Positions 25,661 to 38,698 of a stretch of DNA of 64,000 nucleotides are shown here, one piece after another. Made by a program: the position numbers and the translations under genes. The notes under the pieces were generated by a model that saw only the letters and a list, made by a program, of their open reading frames with translations, was not told where the DNA came from and ran no database searches. Source of the DNA: Podarcis melisellensis (taxonomy: Eukaryota); NCBI GenBank assembly GCA_964234715.1, contig OZ174275.1, one strand, 5' to 3'. The stretch's first letter is position 1, and each line of letters begins with the position of its first letter.

Positions 25661-26451
25661 CAACTAATTCACATCTCATCAGAGTGCAAGAACAGTTTAA
25701 TGTGCACATTCCCAAGCAAATTACATCACAGGACAGAGAACTCCATCTGCCAATATTCTGGTGGTGTTCTAGTTTTGCTATGTATTTCATAAGGCTGCAG
25801 CTGCTTTTCACTAATTTTTATGCTCTACAAATTGATTAATAACACCAGCTATAACGTTTGTCCCATTGGGTACTCCATTATATTGCTGTTTCATACAGCA
25901 AAGTGGTCATTTGTTCTTTTCTCGCTCTTTTTTTTTGTCCTTATCTCTTCATTTTAATCCATGACAGAACTTTTAGCTCTTAATTAACCATTTAACAATT
26001 TTCTTTAATAGATATTTTTGTGCAATATTATCAAGCCTTAGGGGAGACTAAATAAATTATATTCACCAGCTCTCAGCAACCCACAAGGGGGGGGGATACC
26101 CCTTGCACAGTAGCCATGCTGTTTTCTTTCTGATAATATTAACCTTTTCAGGACTTTTTGCATTGTCTAATTAAACTGAGCCCAAATAACAACAACAACA
26201 ACAATAATAATAAGTTCAATAAATCCATGCCAATTAAAAACAGCATAAGAGAGAGAACTTGAACAGTCTCTCAGGATGCTGAAATTCCAGGAGTAGCCTT
26301 CTCAGTAATGTAAACATCTTGGAGCAAAACCTACAACCCACGGTTTGGGAGGTGATGTGCAGCACAGAGACAGCTTAACAACTTCTGTGTCAGGTTATCG
26401 AGAGCTCTGCTGGTTAGCCAGACACAAGCAGAGTTTTAAAATAGAAGGAAG

Positions 26452-26982
26452 TAACTGCAGTGTGATCTATGTGGGGCTACCTTTGAAGGTGACCCGGAAA
26501 CTACCATTAATCCAGAATGTGGCAGCTAGACTGGTGATTGAGAGTGGCCACCAAGACCGTATCACACCAGTCCTGAAAGACCTACATTGGCTCCCAGTAC
26601 GTTTCTGAGCACAATTCAAAGTGTTGGTGCTGACCTTTAAAGCCCTAAACCGCCTCATATACCTGAAGGAGTGTCTCTACCCCAATCGTTCAACCCTGAC
26701 ACTGAGATCCAGTGCCGAGGGCCTTCTGGCGGTTCCCTCACTGTGAAAAGGGAAACTACAGGGAATCAGGCAGAGGGCCTTCTTGGTTGTGGCACCCGTC
26801 CTGTGGAACGCCCTCCCATCAGATGTCAAGGAAATAAACAACTATCTGACTTTTAGAAGATAGAAGACAGCCCTGTTTAGGGAAGTTTTTAATGTTTGAT
26901 GTTTTATCGTGTTTTTAATATTCTGTTGGGAGCTGCCCAGAGTGGCTGGGGAACCCAGTCAGATGGGTGGGGTATGTATGTA

Positions 26983-27013
<31 letters not shown>

Positions 27014-27015
27014 AT
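26452..27015 (+). mobile_element. L2 LINE 3' fragment with (TAAA)n tail
   Basis: YVGLPLKVTRKL.LIQN.AARLV...ITPVLKDLHWLPVRF*AQFKVLVLTFKAL, the L2 ORF2 C-terminus; tail at 26981-27015. Confidence 0.9.
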
Positions 27016-27221
27016 ATTTAGAAGCAACAAATGAGAAAATGGTACCATTGACAACCTTTGGCCATTTAATACGTTATTTTGATGGTGTGCATCAAAGAGG
27101 GGAGGAGTGACAGCTTTCAGAAGAGCTGAATGTGCTGATTACCACCAACCCTATGGTTGTCTGACAGAGCTGTTATGTTATAACTGTAACCCTGTACATA
27201 TACTTATGATATGAAAATTAA

Positions 27222-27263
27222 GTGTGTGTGTGTATACATACACACACACACACACACACACAC
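27222..27263. repeat. (TG)n-(CA)n microsatellite between two ~75-bp imperfect direct repeats
   Basis: Directly visible. Confidence 0.85.
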
Positions 27264-27934
27264 CACTCTGGCTGCCTGATTGAGCTGTTATACTATAACA
27301 GTATCCCTGTAAATATAGTTATGAAATGAGAACTGGATACATATTTTTAAAATAATTAATTCCAACATTTAATCAACTGCCTTTATCTCCTTATCAGAAA
27401 TATGTTGCCTTCATCCTAGAGCCTCTGAAGTGGCCTTTACTCAAAGCAACGCTCTATAATCCCTGAGCCATGGCCTTACACTGCACCCCCCTCCCACCCC
27501 CATTGCACTGAGAACACATAGGATGGCCTTTCCATTGTCACTGATAGCTGCCTGATATTATCCTGGCTCTTTTGTCCACATCACTGGTGTTCTGAACAGC
27601 CTTGGCACTCCGTATGCAGGGAATCCCCTGCAGCCTGCCTCTATCTGAAAGAAGCACATTTGCCATTCTTTGTTGCTGCAGTTCCTCCTCCAAGGATCTC
27701 ACTTATCCCTCTCAGGCACATTTGCCACTTCAAATCTCTCCCCCGCTGGGACACTGGCTTTATATTCCTACAACCTGTTTGCTTGGGCTAGAGAGGGGAG
27801 GTGGGTAGAAACGGCTTGCAGAGCACTTTTAAGGTGCCGAAAAACAAAACAAAAAACTGCTGTGTGTTTGAAAACGATCTGCATGGAAGGGTTTAAAAAT
27901 TGCTCCTCCACAGGGCTATGATGAATGCTGAAAT

Positions 27935-28102
27935 GGCCATAGCTCAGTGACAGAGAGCCCATGTTCTGCATGCAAAGGGTCTCAGATTTAGCCCGGTAAG
28001 GCTGGGAAAGGCCTTGAAGCCTGTGGAGACCCACTGCTCATCATTGTGGTCAATGCTGAGCTAGAAGGATCGATGATCTGACTTGGCAGAACAAATATTC
28101 CT
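27935..28102 (+). mobile_element. tRNA-derived SINE (Squam2-like), decayed
   Basis: GGCCATAGCTCAGTG...TTCTGCATGCAAAGGGTCTCAG...GAGCTAGA; homologous to 54149-54460. Confidence 0.65.
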
Positions 28103-28224
28103 TCTTCAATATTTGCTTTGTAATTACTTCGCCCAGCAGAGCCAAATTGCCAAAGCAAAGCAACACTCACCTTATTGAACATGTACAACAGATGAATCTC
28201 TTCATGTATCGGTGAGCCACCATA

Positions 28225-28441
28225 AATTCATGGAAGATAAAGCTGTCAATGACAATTAGTCCCCTGATGGCTATAGTCTACTTCCCGGATCATAGACATG
28301 AAAGCCTCTGAATGGTGCTTGCTAGGGAAAAACAATGTGAGAGGGCTATTGTGCTCAGGTCCTGAGTGTGGTATTTCTGTAGGCATCTAGTTGGCCTGGA
28401 CTAGATTGGTTTGGCCCAGTAGAGATCTTTTTATGATCTTA
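28225..28441 (+). mobile_element. CR1 3' end relic
   Basis: AAATTCATGGAAGATAAAGCTGTCAATG...GATGGCTA...GGCATCTAGTTGGCC...TTATGATCTTA; homologous to 35987-36471. Confidence 0.55.
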
Positions 28442-28892
28442 ATTCCACTGAAAATGTTAGAAGCTATTTCTACTTAATACCCTTAAACCCAGCAGCAGTT
28501 TGCCCTGGCAGAAGATCTGATGGGTACTTTGGCACAAAAATGAGAGAAAGCAAAGTTTTCCAAAAAGTCGTCCAATCTTTAGGAACATAAGAAGGAACCT
28601 GATGGATTGGGTCACAGGTGCATTTACACATTGTGGCCAATCCGATGCATCATACAGAACATGAGTGCCATAGCCCTCTCCTGCTTCACATCCCCAGCAA
28701 TTCTACTCACGAGACACACCATCTCTGATGCCATTGTGAGCAGGGATGTGCTTCCTCACTGGTCTTCACAGAGCAGTGCTCTTATCGGATGCTGCTTCTG
28801 TGTCATTTAAAACAACAACAAGATTCCTGCTCTTAGAAACAGAGAAATTGCCACATAACCAGCAAATTTTAGGAAGGTGATAACATAAAATA

Positions 28893-29133
28893 CAGTGGTA
28901 CCTCAGTTTATGAACTTAATCCATTCCAGAAGTCCGTTCTTAAACCGAATCTGTTCTTAAACTGAGGCGCGCTTTCCCTAATGAGGCTTCCTGCTGCCAG
29001 GGCCCTTCCACCGTTCGGATTCTATTCTTAGACCAAGGTAAAGTTCTCAAACTGGGACACTATTTCCGGTTCTGCGGAGTTTGTAAACCAAATCATTCTT
29101 AAACCGGACTGTTCTTAAACTGAGGTATCGCTG
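28893..29133. mobile_element. Tc1/mariner (Tigger-like) MITE, variant interior
   Basis: TA|CAGTGGTACCTCAG...CTGAGGTATCGCTG|TA. Confidence 0.88.
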
Positions 29134-29167
29134 TAAGGTATCTAGAGTTAGGATATCTGAGACAGAT

Positions 29168-29826
29168 TTTTTTTAATGTATTTTTTATTAAAGATTTTCT
29201 TGGTGTATAAAAATATGTGCAATCTCTCTCTTTTTTGCATGTAACATTTTTTTACAGATCAATTTTGTTTGTTGAGACATTAGGAAGAAAAGGGGGGAGA
29301 GGTGGAGGGGGGAGAGGTGAATGGGGGTGGCATCAGGTGGCAATGTTTCCATTTTACTTAATATATGTGGGGTTTTGTGTCAACGTCGCTTGTATAGGTG
29401 CTTTGCTATTCAATTATGTTCCTTTTGTGGTGAGAGAAGTTGGGATTGGCCTAGGGCGTGGTTGTTCATTTGTGATTGGCTGTGGTGATCTTTGTTTTCA
29501 TGTGTAAGTGGGGTGGGTGGGTGTTTTGGGTCATGTTAGCCATATTGATTTATATGCTGTTGGTGGATTTTTGTCGTTGTCTTGTTGGGCTGTGTATGTG
29601 ATGAAGGGGAGCCATACCGGGGTGAAGGCGTCTTCTTCTATTTGTCCCTGTATCAGTTTAAGTTGATTGGTTAATTTTTCTAGTAAGGCTGTTTCCCATA
29701 CTATTTGGTACCATTGGTCCATGCTTACTCCTGACAAGTCTCTCCAGTGTCTGGCTATGATGCTTCTGGCTGCTGAGAGTAGGTTTCTGGTTTCTCTTCA
29801 GAGCGTATAAATCTTTCGCCTTTTTA
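29168..29826 (-). mobile_element. Young 5'-truncated L1 insertion with 11-bp TSD
   Basis: Open ORF2 C-terminus LLSAARSIIARHWRDL...VWLPFITY (to stop at 29531), 3' UTR and poly(A). TSD CTGAGACAGAT at 29157-29167 and 29827-29837. Confidence 0.9.
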
Positions 29827-29881
29827 CTGAGACAGATCTGATTGGCTGGGCAGGGGTGAGAGGAGCATGGTCACTCCTGTC

Positions 29882-30070
29882 TAGGGCTGCCAGGATGTCT
29901 AAGTCGGAATTGACGTCTGGGGGGAATTTCCAAAAGGCGGCACTTTGTCCTGGATTTTAGGCAAGTCAATCGCTCTCTGTTTTTCCTTTAAAATGTTGGG
30001 GTCTTCCTAAAAAAAGCTCAGTAACTTTTGAGGTGTCCTGGTTTTCACTTTTTGAAATATGGCAACCCTA
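29882..30070. mobile_element. hAT (Tip100-like) MITE
   Basis: TIR TAGGGCTGCCA / TGGCAACCCTA. Confidence 0.7.
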
Positions 30071-32423
30071 CTTTTACCTCACCTGAAAAATCAGCTACAT
30101 GAGGCGATGTTTCTTTGTGGTGCAAAACTTTTCACAACGTGCACTCCCACATTTCAGCTTAATGTGACCACACATGGAGCTCCTGTGTACACAGAAACTT
30201 ATCCATTGCCTTTATTGGAGTAACTGTTCCCTACATATGGCTACTTATTCACATGCGATCTCGGTGTGCACATCAGGATGCTTGCAGGTCTCTGGGTCCA
30301 GGCAAACCATCTAATATCTCTGTGTTAGTCACTGAATTCCACTAATTTATTCTCTATTCACAGAAACAGTTGCTTGTACTGATGCTATTGTTGCTGGAGA
30401 TACCACCATATAAAAGAAGCTTGGTTCTGTGGACAGTTAGCTGGATTTATGGCAGAGGTGGCAGAACCTCTGTTCAAATCCCAGTTTCTGCGTAGCTGGC
30501 CTTAGTAAGCCTCAGTTTCCCAGAAGACATAGAAAAATAATTGGGAGCCACAGTGCAAGGATGTTCATAGGTGACAATACACAGTTATACATGAGTGATA
30601 TTAACTGTCCACCTTAGCCTGAGAGAGCAGAGGAGTAAGGAGGATCCCAAATGACACAGTTCAATATGGTGAATTGAGCAGTCTGGCTTGGATGCTCACC
30701 TGTATCCCATCAGCTCTGACCGTTTGTTGGGTGCTTTGTGAGCAGTTCCAGATCCAAGTGTCAGGAAGTGTGTGTGCATCTTCCCGATTGCTTAATTCAG
30801 GCAAGCAGCCAGGGTATCTGTCACACAGCACTTTCATTCATGGGAGAGAAAAGAAAATGGAAATGGTATTCTGTATAGAAAGCAATCATGGACACAATGC
30901 AGCCATCTTTGGACACAACAACTGTAGATGGAAAAGGAACAAATTGTAACTTTTTCTCTCTCCCATCCCATCCTCACATGACCAAATGTACACCACTGTA
31001 TACTGGCCATCACTTCTCATGAAGGCTGGACTAAAACTTGACCTTTATTTTCCTGAAAATAACCTCTCTCGCAGCCACATGAAAATAGGGTGAATTTTCT
31101 GTTGCTTTTGGTGGATGGGGAGAAACATGTCTGAAACATTCAAGGGGTGTGGGTTACTGCTTACCTTACTTAGGTAGTAATGAGGAATGGAGCTCTAAGG
31201 TGGCTGTGGGGCTTCCATTTCCCCCTTGCTATGGGAAGAACCACATGGCACCATAAGTGGCACTGGGCTTTTTTAAAAGTTAAAAAATGTGCGGGAGGGG
31301 ATAGAAAAATTTCCATCCACTCTATAAGATCAGTTGAGGTAAGCAGCAACTTCCACCCGCCAAACTGGAGGGGAGGGGAGAGATTTGTCCTCTCTCAGAG
31401 TGTGGTGATGTTTGTGGTTGTGATCCTTACTTCAAATGAAGGATTGAAAAATACAACTTCCAAATTTGCACTCAACTCTCCTTATGACAGAGGGCACCTG
31501 CCTGTGCTTTCCACATACCCTCAGAGTTGTTCCCCTTGTCCCCAGAGCTCTAGACCACAACTTACTTTTCAGCACTGTCAGAATCTTTAAAGCAGGGTTT
31601 GAAATTTCCAGAACTGCAACATTTGACCCAAACTCCAGTTTTTCTGAATGTTGGCAGGCAGTTCAAAGCGAATTTCTACTGTCTCTTTCCAATAAAAAAG
31701 CACAAAGAAGTATAATTTCTGTTTTGATTGATATAATGTGCTGAGAGACAGGCTGCCTGCTACTGTCTGTCTGTCTCTTTTACACACACTTACATGCAGG
31801 GGGAGGGGGGTTAATCTAGCATCAGATTTAACTGGAAGCCCTCTCTTGCTCAATATTTTCAGATCGTTTGCCAAAGGCACACACAGTCAGCTGGCTGGTC
31901 CCTGCTTAGTACTCAAATGCCAGGCCCTCTTTGTTCTGCCAGAGTTCCCCCATCTTTATATAACCTTCTTTTTACTTCCACTTTTACTAACCCTTCTTTC
32001 TGAAGTTCTTATTTTTGAAAGAGAAACTTTGTACAGGCCAGAGTCTAATCTAGCTTCCTTTAACTACTTCTGTTCCTTTCTCCTATAAAATTTTCTTTTG
32101 CCATGAACCGCTGGAGTGGTTTTGCTCTGAAGTCTGTGATACAAGGTGTGGTGAGCCAAATATTTGTGTAGAGCAAGATTAGACTTTGGGGTGCATTCAA
32201 AAGATCAACCAAAACACTGTTGCAGCAAGAAGAAAACAACTAAACATGGCTTAATCTCAGGGCATTAAGTTTAATGAATTTGATATTGCATTGCTATGCC
32301 ACACTTTATCTACTTCTAAAATGTGCAAGGTTTATATCGTCTGTTTGATGGCCAAACTGCAGCTTATGTTAAATGCAACTTTGAACCTTATGTGCAGGTT
32401 TTTAAAATGCAAAATGATGCCCC

Positions 32424-32491
32424 ACAAAAGATTCCTGCATTGCAGGAGGTTGGACTCGATGACCCTCATGGTACCTTCCAATTCTATGATT
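32424..32491 (+). mobile_element. CR1-type 3' tail (probably a truncated tRNA-Lys/CR1 SINE)
   Basis: CAAAAGATTCCTGCATTGCAGGAGGTTGGACTCGATGACCC...TTCCAATTCTATGATT. Confidence 0.75.
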
Positions 32492-32639
32492 TAACTTAAT
32501 GTCTAGCAAGGCCTTATATAGTCCTCACTAAAATCTCAACCCCTGCAAAACCACAAAAGCAAAACCCTTTTATATTTTCCTTTTCTCCTCACCCTCTCTC
32601 TGTCTGTGTATGCAAATTATTTCAAGTAGTCGATGGAGT

Positions 32640-32700
32640 GTCATAATAACACATTTATTAGTCTTTAAGGTGCCCCAAGTCTCTGTTATTTTAACAACAG
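32640..32700 (+). mobile_element. Small Penelope (Neptune-like) terminal-repeat relic
   Basis: TTAGTCTTTAAGGTGCCCCAAGTCTC resembles the recalled amniote PLE motif TTAGTCTTTAAGGTGCCACAAGACTC. Confidence 0.4.
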
Positions 32701-33576
32701 TGATGTATCCTTGAGCAATTGTTTTGCACAAGCATCTGCTCACCTGCTACAGGGCCTCTTCAGCCTCAATATTGAGTGCAAGGCAAAACTGTTGTAAATT
32801 TCACTGGATGCCCACACTCTGGAAAGCATTTTCAATAGGTCAAGTGTGGCCTTTCTTCAAGCCTTTTCCCTCTCGCACCTGGTACCCATATTATACTAAG
32901 AGAATCAGCTTGAGAAAGGCTTTGTCGTAGGGATAAAGAAAGGGAGAGGAAGTCAAAAGCTCTAGATTTATGCCCCATTAAGTTTCACAAGCAACAGTGA
33001 GGTAGAGTAATACGACCTACAGCTAAAACTGATCACTTACAAATCCACTCCAATAGTTCCTGCCATGAATTCAAAAGCCTGATGCTTATCACATAAGCCT
33101 CCTCTGGACTGTCAGTATATATATTGCCAGAGAGATTCAAGTGTATACCAGAGATTTAGGTTTGTGCAGTTATAGAGAGGATTAAAGCACCCTGGTGCGA
33201 GAAATCCACTTAACCCTCCCCCCCCCTTATCATTTTGCAGTTAGGAAAGTGGTGGAGAAATAGTGTGCATTTGTAGGAAATATTTGGGAGAAGAAAAGGC
33301 TCAGGGGTAAATGCTACACAAATCTGGAGGCCCTAAGATGCTTTATATGCCTCCTTCTGGCAAGTCCTGCAGCCAAGCTGGTGACAAACCTATGGCTCTG
33401 CTTTCTTTTGGACCACATCAGGGAGGTCAGCTGGGCTGCCTTGTTGTCTGGGTAGCCCAAGAATTCACTTATCTCTTATTCACTCACACCTACACCTATA
33501 TACCCTGCAATTGCCTATATCACATAAACAGCACAGTTAAGGCAGTAAATCTGTTTCTGGTGGCTTACAATACATC

Positions 33577-33949
33577 AGGGGTGTGACATGTATGCCGGTG
33601 GGATCAGTCTGTTTCTGGTTCATATCAGTTTTGTATGTGTTCATTCATAAGTCCCTTCCACTCAATTTCCACATTTATCTGTGTGGGGTTTTTTTTTTTA
33701 AGTGCACACAAATCTACCAATTTTCTCATTACTTCAGCACATTTTCCCTCAAAGCAGGCATTCTCAAATGCATTTTCTATTACAGTGTGCGTTGTTAAAT
33801 GCATTTATCCCAGTATGCAATTTTTCCTATGCATTTTGGTACATCTTTGGAGCCCAGAACTGCAATGCCGACACTCATTAGTCCAGGAGGTGAGAATCAG
33901 ATCAGTTCACACTGGAATTCATGAAGGTTAAATTCCTCCAGCATCCCTG
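33577..33949. mobile_element. Old AT-rich non-autonomous DNA element (family of 20471)
   Basis: ATGCATTTT-rich interior, AGAACTGCA motif and CATCCCT terminus. Confidence 0.45.
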
Positions 33950-35519
33950 GGGGCATGTAAGCATCACATGTAGCATCTCCTAGTGCCAGTAGCATCTTAT
34001 CACACCGACCAGAGTTAGCAAGGCCTATAGAAGCCTGCTCCACCCTGGCCAGAGCCTCTTTGCCAGCAGGCTTTGCACCCACACATTGTGTCACAGTGTA
34101 GGAACAGCTAGGAAAGATGCAATGCAAGATTTTCCCTGCCCCGATAAAACATATTAACGCTGGAAATGAAGGTTTGGGGTTGGGGTTTTTTGCCTACACT
34201 ACCCAGTTTACTTTGGCCACAGATGACACTGATTGCCAGTGAATGTTTAATAAGCTAGTAGGTTAGTTTAGTCACGGCAGCCGAGCTGTGCAGGAAAATA
34301 ACAGCTATAAGGAGGAATGTGGGTGAGAAGTGAAGATTTGCCAAAATGGCTGTGGGGCCCATGAGCTAATAGGACAGGCACACCTAGGGCTGTGGGGCGT
34401 GGGAGGCGTAGTGACTCAGGAAGATCTCCTGCCTGTTCTGCTGCTGCTGGGCGGTGATGATTCTAGGCAAGATTGTGCCAATTTTGTGTGAGATCTCACC
34501 CAAAAATAGGTACAATCTTGTCCAAAATTGGAGCTGATGGCAGTGCTGGTTCTCTGGCACTGGTGGAGATGGCAAGGAGATGGGCCCGCAGGAGTGCTGC
34601 TTAGGGGGGCCTCTGTTGCTTGAAGCAGCGGCCTCACTTGGATTAGTGTCTGGGCTGGCTCTGGATCAGGCTGACCCCAAAGTTCATCAGGGGGGAGATG
34701 CATAAACAGAACCTGCCCTGTTGCTACAGTGCCAGAAGTTACAGATCTCTGTTATATTGAACGTTACTGAAGTTGTGGCCCTGGTTAACTCGATGACAAG
34801 TTGTTTGTCTCTTTGTTCAGGGGTGTGGGTGAAAATACCCTCATGTCACCAGAAGTAAACATTAATAGAAAAAGTAGATCAGGGTGAAATAAATATATAT
34901 ATATGAAAACAATTCTCTGCTAGGTAACTGTATTCCACGAGGCCCCAAATATCCCAAACCAGCTGTAAGCAGACTTGTTAAATCGGCTTCTATTACAGGG
35001 CAGAAACATCTGTTGGAAACCTGGTATCACTCATAATTCACAACTTTCATACTATATTCACCAGCACTCACAATCTATTTGTGATTCCTCCCTACCCCCC
35101 AAATCAAAGGGCCACAATCAATGAATGCCATTTGAGTTGCATGCCTGTCAGAACAGTCATGTCTGAAGGCCAAAAACATGACCATTAACAGACATGTTGT
35201 CTAAGCAGCTTAATGTGGTAGACACAAATTCAGGGGAAAGTGGAGAAGACGCAGGAATGGACTTCTGGCTAACTAATCCTTGAGTGAAACACAGGGTGAG
35301 CTCAAACACCATGGCATGGCATGCGCAGCACAACGTGCTTATAGCAGCAGCATATCAACATAAAAGGAACTTCTTTCCTAACATGAGGTCCACATAGATG
35401 AATGGATGCAGACGGGAACAGCATCAGGAATATCTGTGAACCAAATTAAGAAGATGGTGCAACAGTTTCCAATCCATTGGTGGGCAGATAATAGAGAACA
35501 AAGTTAGCTGTGGTCCTAT

Positions 35520-35970
35520 GATTTTTTTATATTATTATTATTATTATTATTATTATTAGATTTTATTTATACCCCACCCTTCCTGGCCAGAACTGGGCTC
35601 AGGGCGGCTAACACCATTAAATCACGGTAAAAAACATGATAGGGGAATTTTTTAAAAAAATACAGGTTAAATTGCAATTTAAAATGCAGCCTCATTTTAA
35701 AAGTAGCCGATAAATCAAAACCATAAGGGGAGGGAAACATAAGGTTCAGACTGAGTCCAAACCAAAGGCCAGGTGGAACAGCTCTGTCTTGCAGGCCCTG
35801 CAGAAAGATGTCAAGTCCCGCAGGGCCCTAGTCTCTTGTGACAGAGCGTTCCACCAAGTTGGGGCCAGTACTGAAAAGGCCCTGGCCCTAGTTGAGACCA
35901 ATCTAACCACCTTGCGACCTGGGACCTCCAAAATGTTGTCATTTGTGGACCTTAAGGTCCTCTGCGGGGC
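35520..35970 (-). mobile_element. L2 LINE 3' fragment with (TAA)n tail
   Basis: PQRTLRS..NILEVPG...STRARAFSVLAPTWWNAL...KTELFHLAF, the L2 ORF2 end. Confidence 0.9.
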
Positions 35971-35986
35971 AATATTATTCTGCAAA

Positions 35987-36471
35987 TGGCTACCAACCTG
36001 GATGGCTTTAAAAGGGGATTAGACAAATCCATGCAAAATAAGGCTGTTGGCGACTAGCCATGATGGCTGTGCACTTCTTTGGCAATCACTTGTAGCCAAG
36101 TAAGATTGTCTTCTATAAACACGGTTTTAAAAATGAATCCATAAGTGACTGTGGAGGCCAATTCTGGATCCACACGTCCTTCCACAGTGGGGACATAGGT
36201 TTCCTGGCGGGAGTTGATCACAGTGAGGGTTTGCCAAGCGTGCTTTCCTCCTAGCACATTTCTCCCTTTTGTCCTGAGTTTGAGCTACCTCCACCTCAGA
36301 GGCAGCTTGCCTCTAAATACCAGTTGCTCGAGAGCACATGTGGGGAGTGTTGTTGTGCTCTTGTCCCACATATGGGCTTCCTATAAGCATCTGGTGGTCC
36401 ACTGTGAGAACAGGATACTGAACTGGATAGGTCTTTGGGATGAACCAGCTGGGCTCTTCTTGTGTTCTTAT
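35987..36471 (+). mobile_element. CR1 3' end, interrupted
   Basis: GGATGGCTTTAAAAGGGGATTAGACAAATCCATG ... GCATCTGGTGGTCCACTGTGAGAACAGGATACTG ... TTCTTGTGTTCTTATG. Confidence 0.7.
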
Positions 36472-36494
36472 GCATTGAATGTGTAGCCCTTGTG

Positions 36495-37330
36495 GGATTA
36501 TTTAGAACCAATCCAATCTGGGTTCAAGCCTAGCCATGGGACTGAGTTGATCTTGGTCACCCTGTTGGATAACCTTTGGAGAGAGCAGAACAGGGGGGAG
36601 TATCATCTTGTTCTTGCTTCTAGATTTCTCCTTGACTTTTGATATCATTGACTTTGGTCTCCTCCTGGACTGGATCCAGAGAATTGTGGATACTGTGATG
36701 CCATTGTTCTAATCCTCCCTGTGGGTGCTTCTGCATCCAGCTTCGTCCCTGGAAGCCTGGGTAGCATCAGTTACTAGAAATACCTTTTACCACTTGTGAC
36801 TAGTATGAAAACTGACCGTTCCTACACTGGGAGAACTTGCCCATGGTAGCCCATGCACTGTTTATTTCAAGGTTGGCTTACTGCAGTGGACTTCTCTTCT
36901 GCGGTGGACTTCTCTTCTGGAAACTGCAGCTAGTGCAGAATGCTGAAGCATGATTGCTGGCTGACACAAGACCCTCTCAGCATCTAAACCCTCTGCCCAG
37001 AGAACTGCATTGGTTGACAATCTGCTACTTGGCCAAGTACAAGGTGTTACTGTTAGCATACTGTATAAAGCCCTTCACAGCTTTGGACCAGCATTCATGC
37101 GAAATCACCACTCAACCATTTCACTCTACTAAACTGGCACTGTTACATGAACCACATTGTACTCATTCTGCACTCATTAAGAAATTAATCTTTTAGTGCA
37201 CTTTGGAACTCCCTGGCTATTGACAACAGGCAAGAAAACCACAATTGCTGTACTTTATTTTTTGGTGCTTGCTAAAAACACTTTTGTTCAGCCAAGCCTA
37301 CCCAGACACAGAGAAGCTATCAGGTGTTTC
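36495..37330 (+). mobile_element. Old L2 LINE with internal deletions (RT start and C-terminus)
   Basis: LEPIQSGFKPSHGTE...LLDF..TFDIID matches QSGFRPGHGTETA..LLDLSAAFDTIDH; later ELHWL..AKYKVLLL. Confidence 0.75.
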
Positions 37331-37678
37331 AACCTGGTTTTAGCTTATGAATCATAGCCTTTATTCATCAGCAGAGGAGGTAACACACTCAGAATGCCTC
37401 CTCTTTCTCACAAAACGCCATCCTATACTACCGGCAACATAGAATATTTTTTATGTATTTATCATATTTCTATCCAGCCTCTCTTTCGGCTTGGAGTGGC
37501 TCACCACTGTAATATAAAGCAGCATGGCCTTTATCTAAATAGTTCCATGTGCAGTAAGTGCGTCAGTTGCGTTCAGTCCAAACACAATGGTGCACATCAC
37601 TTAGAATACACCTGCCCACTTACAACGCAGTTCACATAGGATAAAATCAGGTAAGAATGTTTCATGAATGGCAGTGCT

Positions 37679-37920
37679 AAGAGTTTGGATTTGATATCCT
37701 GCTTTATCACTACCCAAAGGAGTCTCAAAGCGGCTAACATTCTCCTTTCCCTTCCTCCCCCACAACAAACACTCTGTGAGGTGAGTGGGGCTGAGAGACT
37801 TCAAAGAAGTGTGACTGGCCCAAGGTCACCCAGCAGCTGCATGTGGAGGAGCGGAGACGCGAACCCGGTTCCCCAGATTACGAGACTACCGCTCTTAACC
37901 ACTACACCACACTGGCTCTC
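37679..37920 (-). mobile_element. Squam3-type tRNA/CORE SINE, full length, young
   Basis: Minus strand GAGAGCCAGTGTGGTGTAGTGGTTAAGAGCGG...GGGTTCG...ATATCAAATCCAAACTCTT; near-identical to 61994-62246. Confidence 0.9.
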
Positions 37921-38672
37921 AATTGAACCATAGGATGCAGAACAAAATGAGTCCACGTATCCTGAGTATAGATTCAGGCTAATACAGCCATATATCCATG
38001 CTCGGATCAAACTGAAAGCAGCTATTTCAAAAATCCAATTCTCTTTCACTCTGTTTTCTTAATATTGCACAGGGCTATTAAGCATATATTGGAAAACAGA
38101 GATAAGAGAGCACCAGAGTAATTCATGGACAGCTGAAGAAGTAAATGAAACAAAGTAGAGCACAAAAGTACCTGGTGCCTTTGAGACAAAGTTTCAAACA
38201 CGGTGAGACATGGAGGGAAACTGCCAGGGTGGTGATTTTTTTGTTTGGTTTCTGTTTTTAAAAACCTATTTCGATGATGATTCCCAGCAGGTTGCGATAC
38301 TCTGCTGGTGTTCTCTGCAAATCATCTGGACAGCTGAGACCATGAAATTGATCCAGAGCCCGAAGAGGGTGACCCTCCGGCAAACCTTGGTGCCCTTTCA
38401 GGCCATATGTGCAGACCACGTCAAATCCTGCACTTGTTTTGCTACTGTGGAATGACAAAAATTCCCTTGTCAGATGGGTGGACATGAGGTTTTCAGGTGC
38501 TGCTGAACACATAAAAGCAAGGCAAGTTGGCTTGCACTTTTGACTGCCTTGCAAAGTCTTTTCTTTTTCAGATTTTTCATTTCATCAAATGCTTTGCGGC
38601 ATGGGAAAGCAAATGAAAAAGACTGAGTTTTGCCAGGTTTGCATATTTGGCTTCTTGTTTTGTTTTTACAAA

Positions 38673-38698
38673 GCGCGCGCGCGCGCACACACACACAC
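38673..38698. repeat. (GC)n-(AC)n alternating purine-pyrimidine tract
   Basis: Directly visible. Confidence 0.9.

Noticed and set aside
37664-37933. Apparently paralogous ORFs at 37664 (+) and 61846 (-)
   Set aside because: Both are antisense translations of Squam3-type SINE copies
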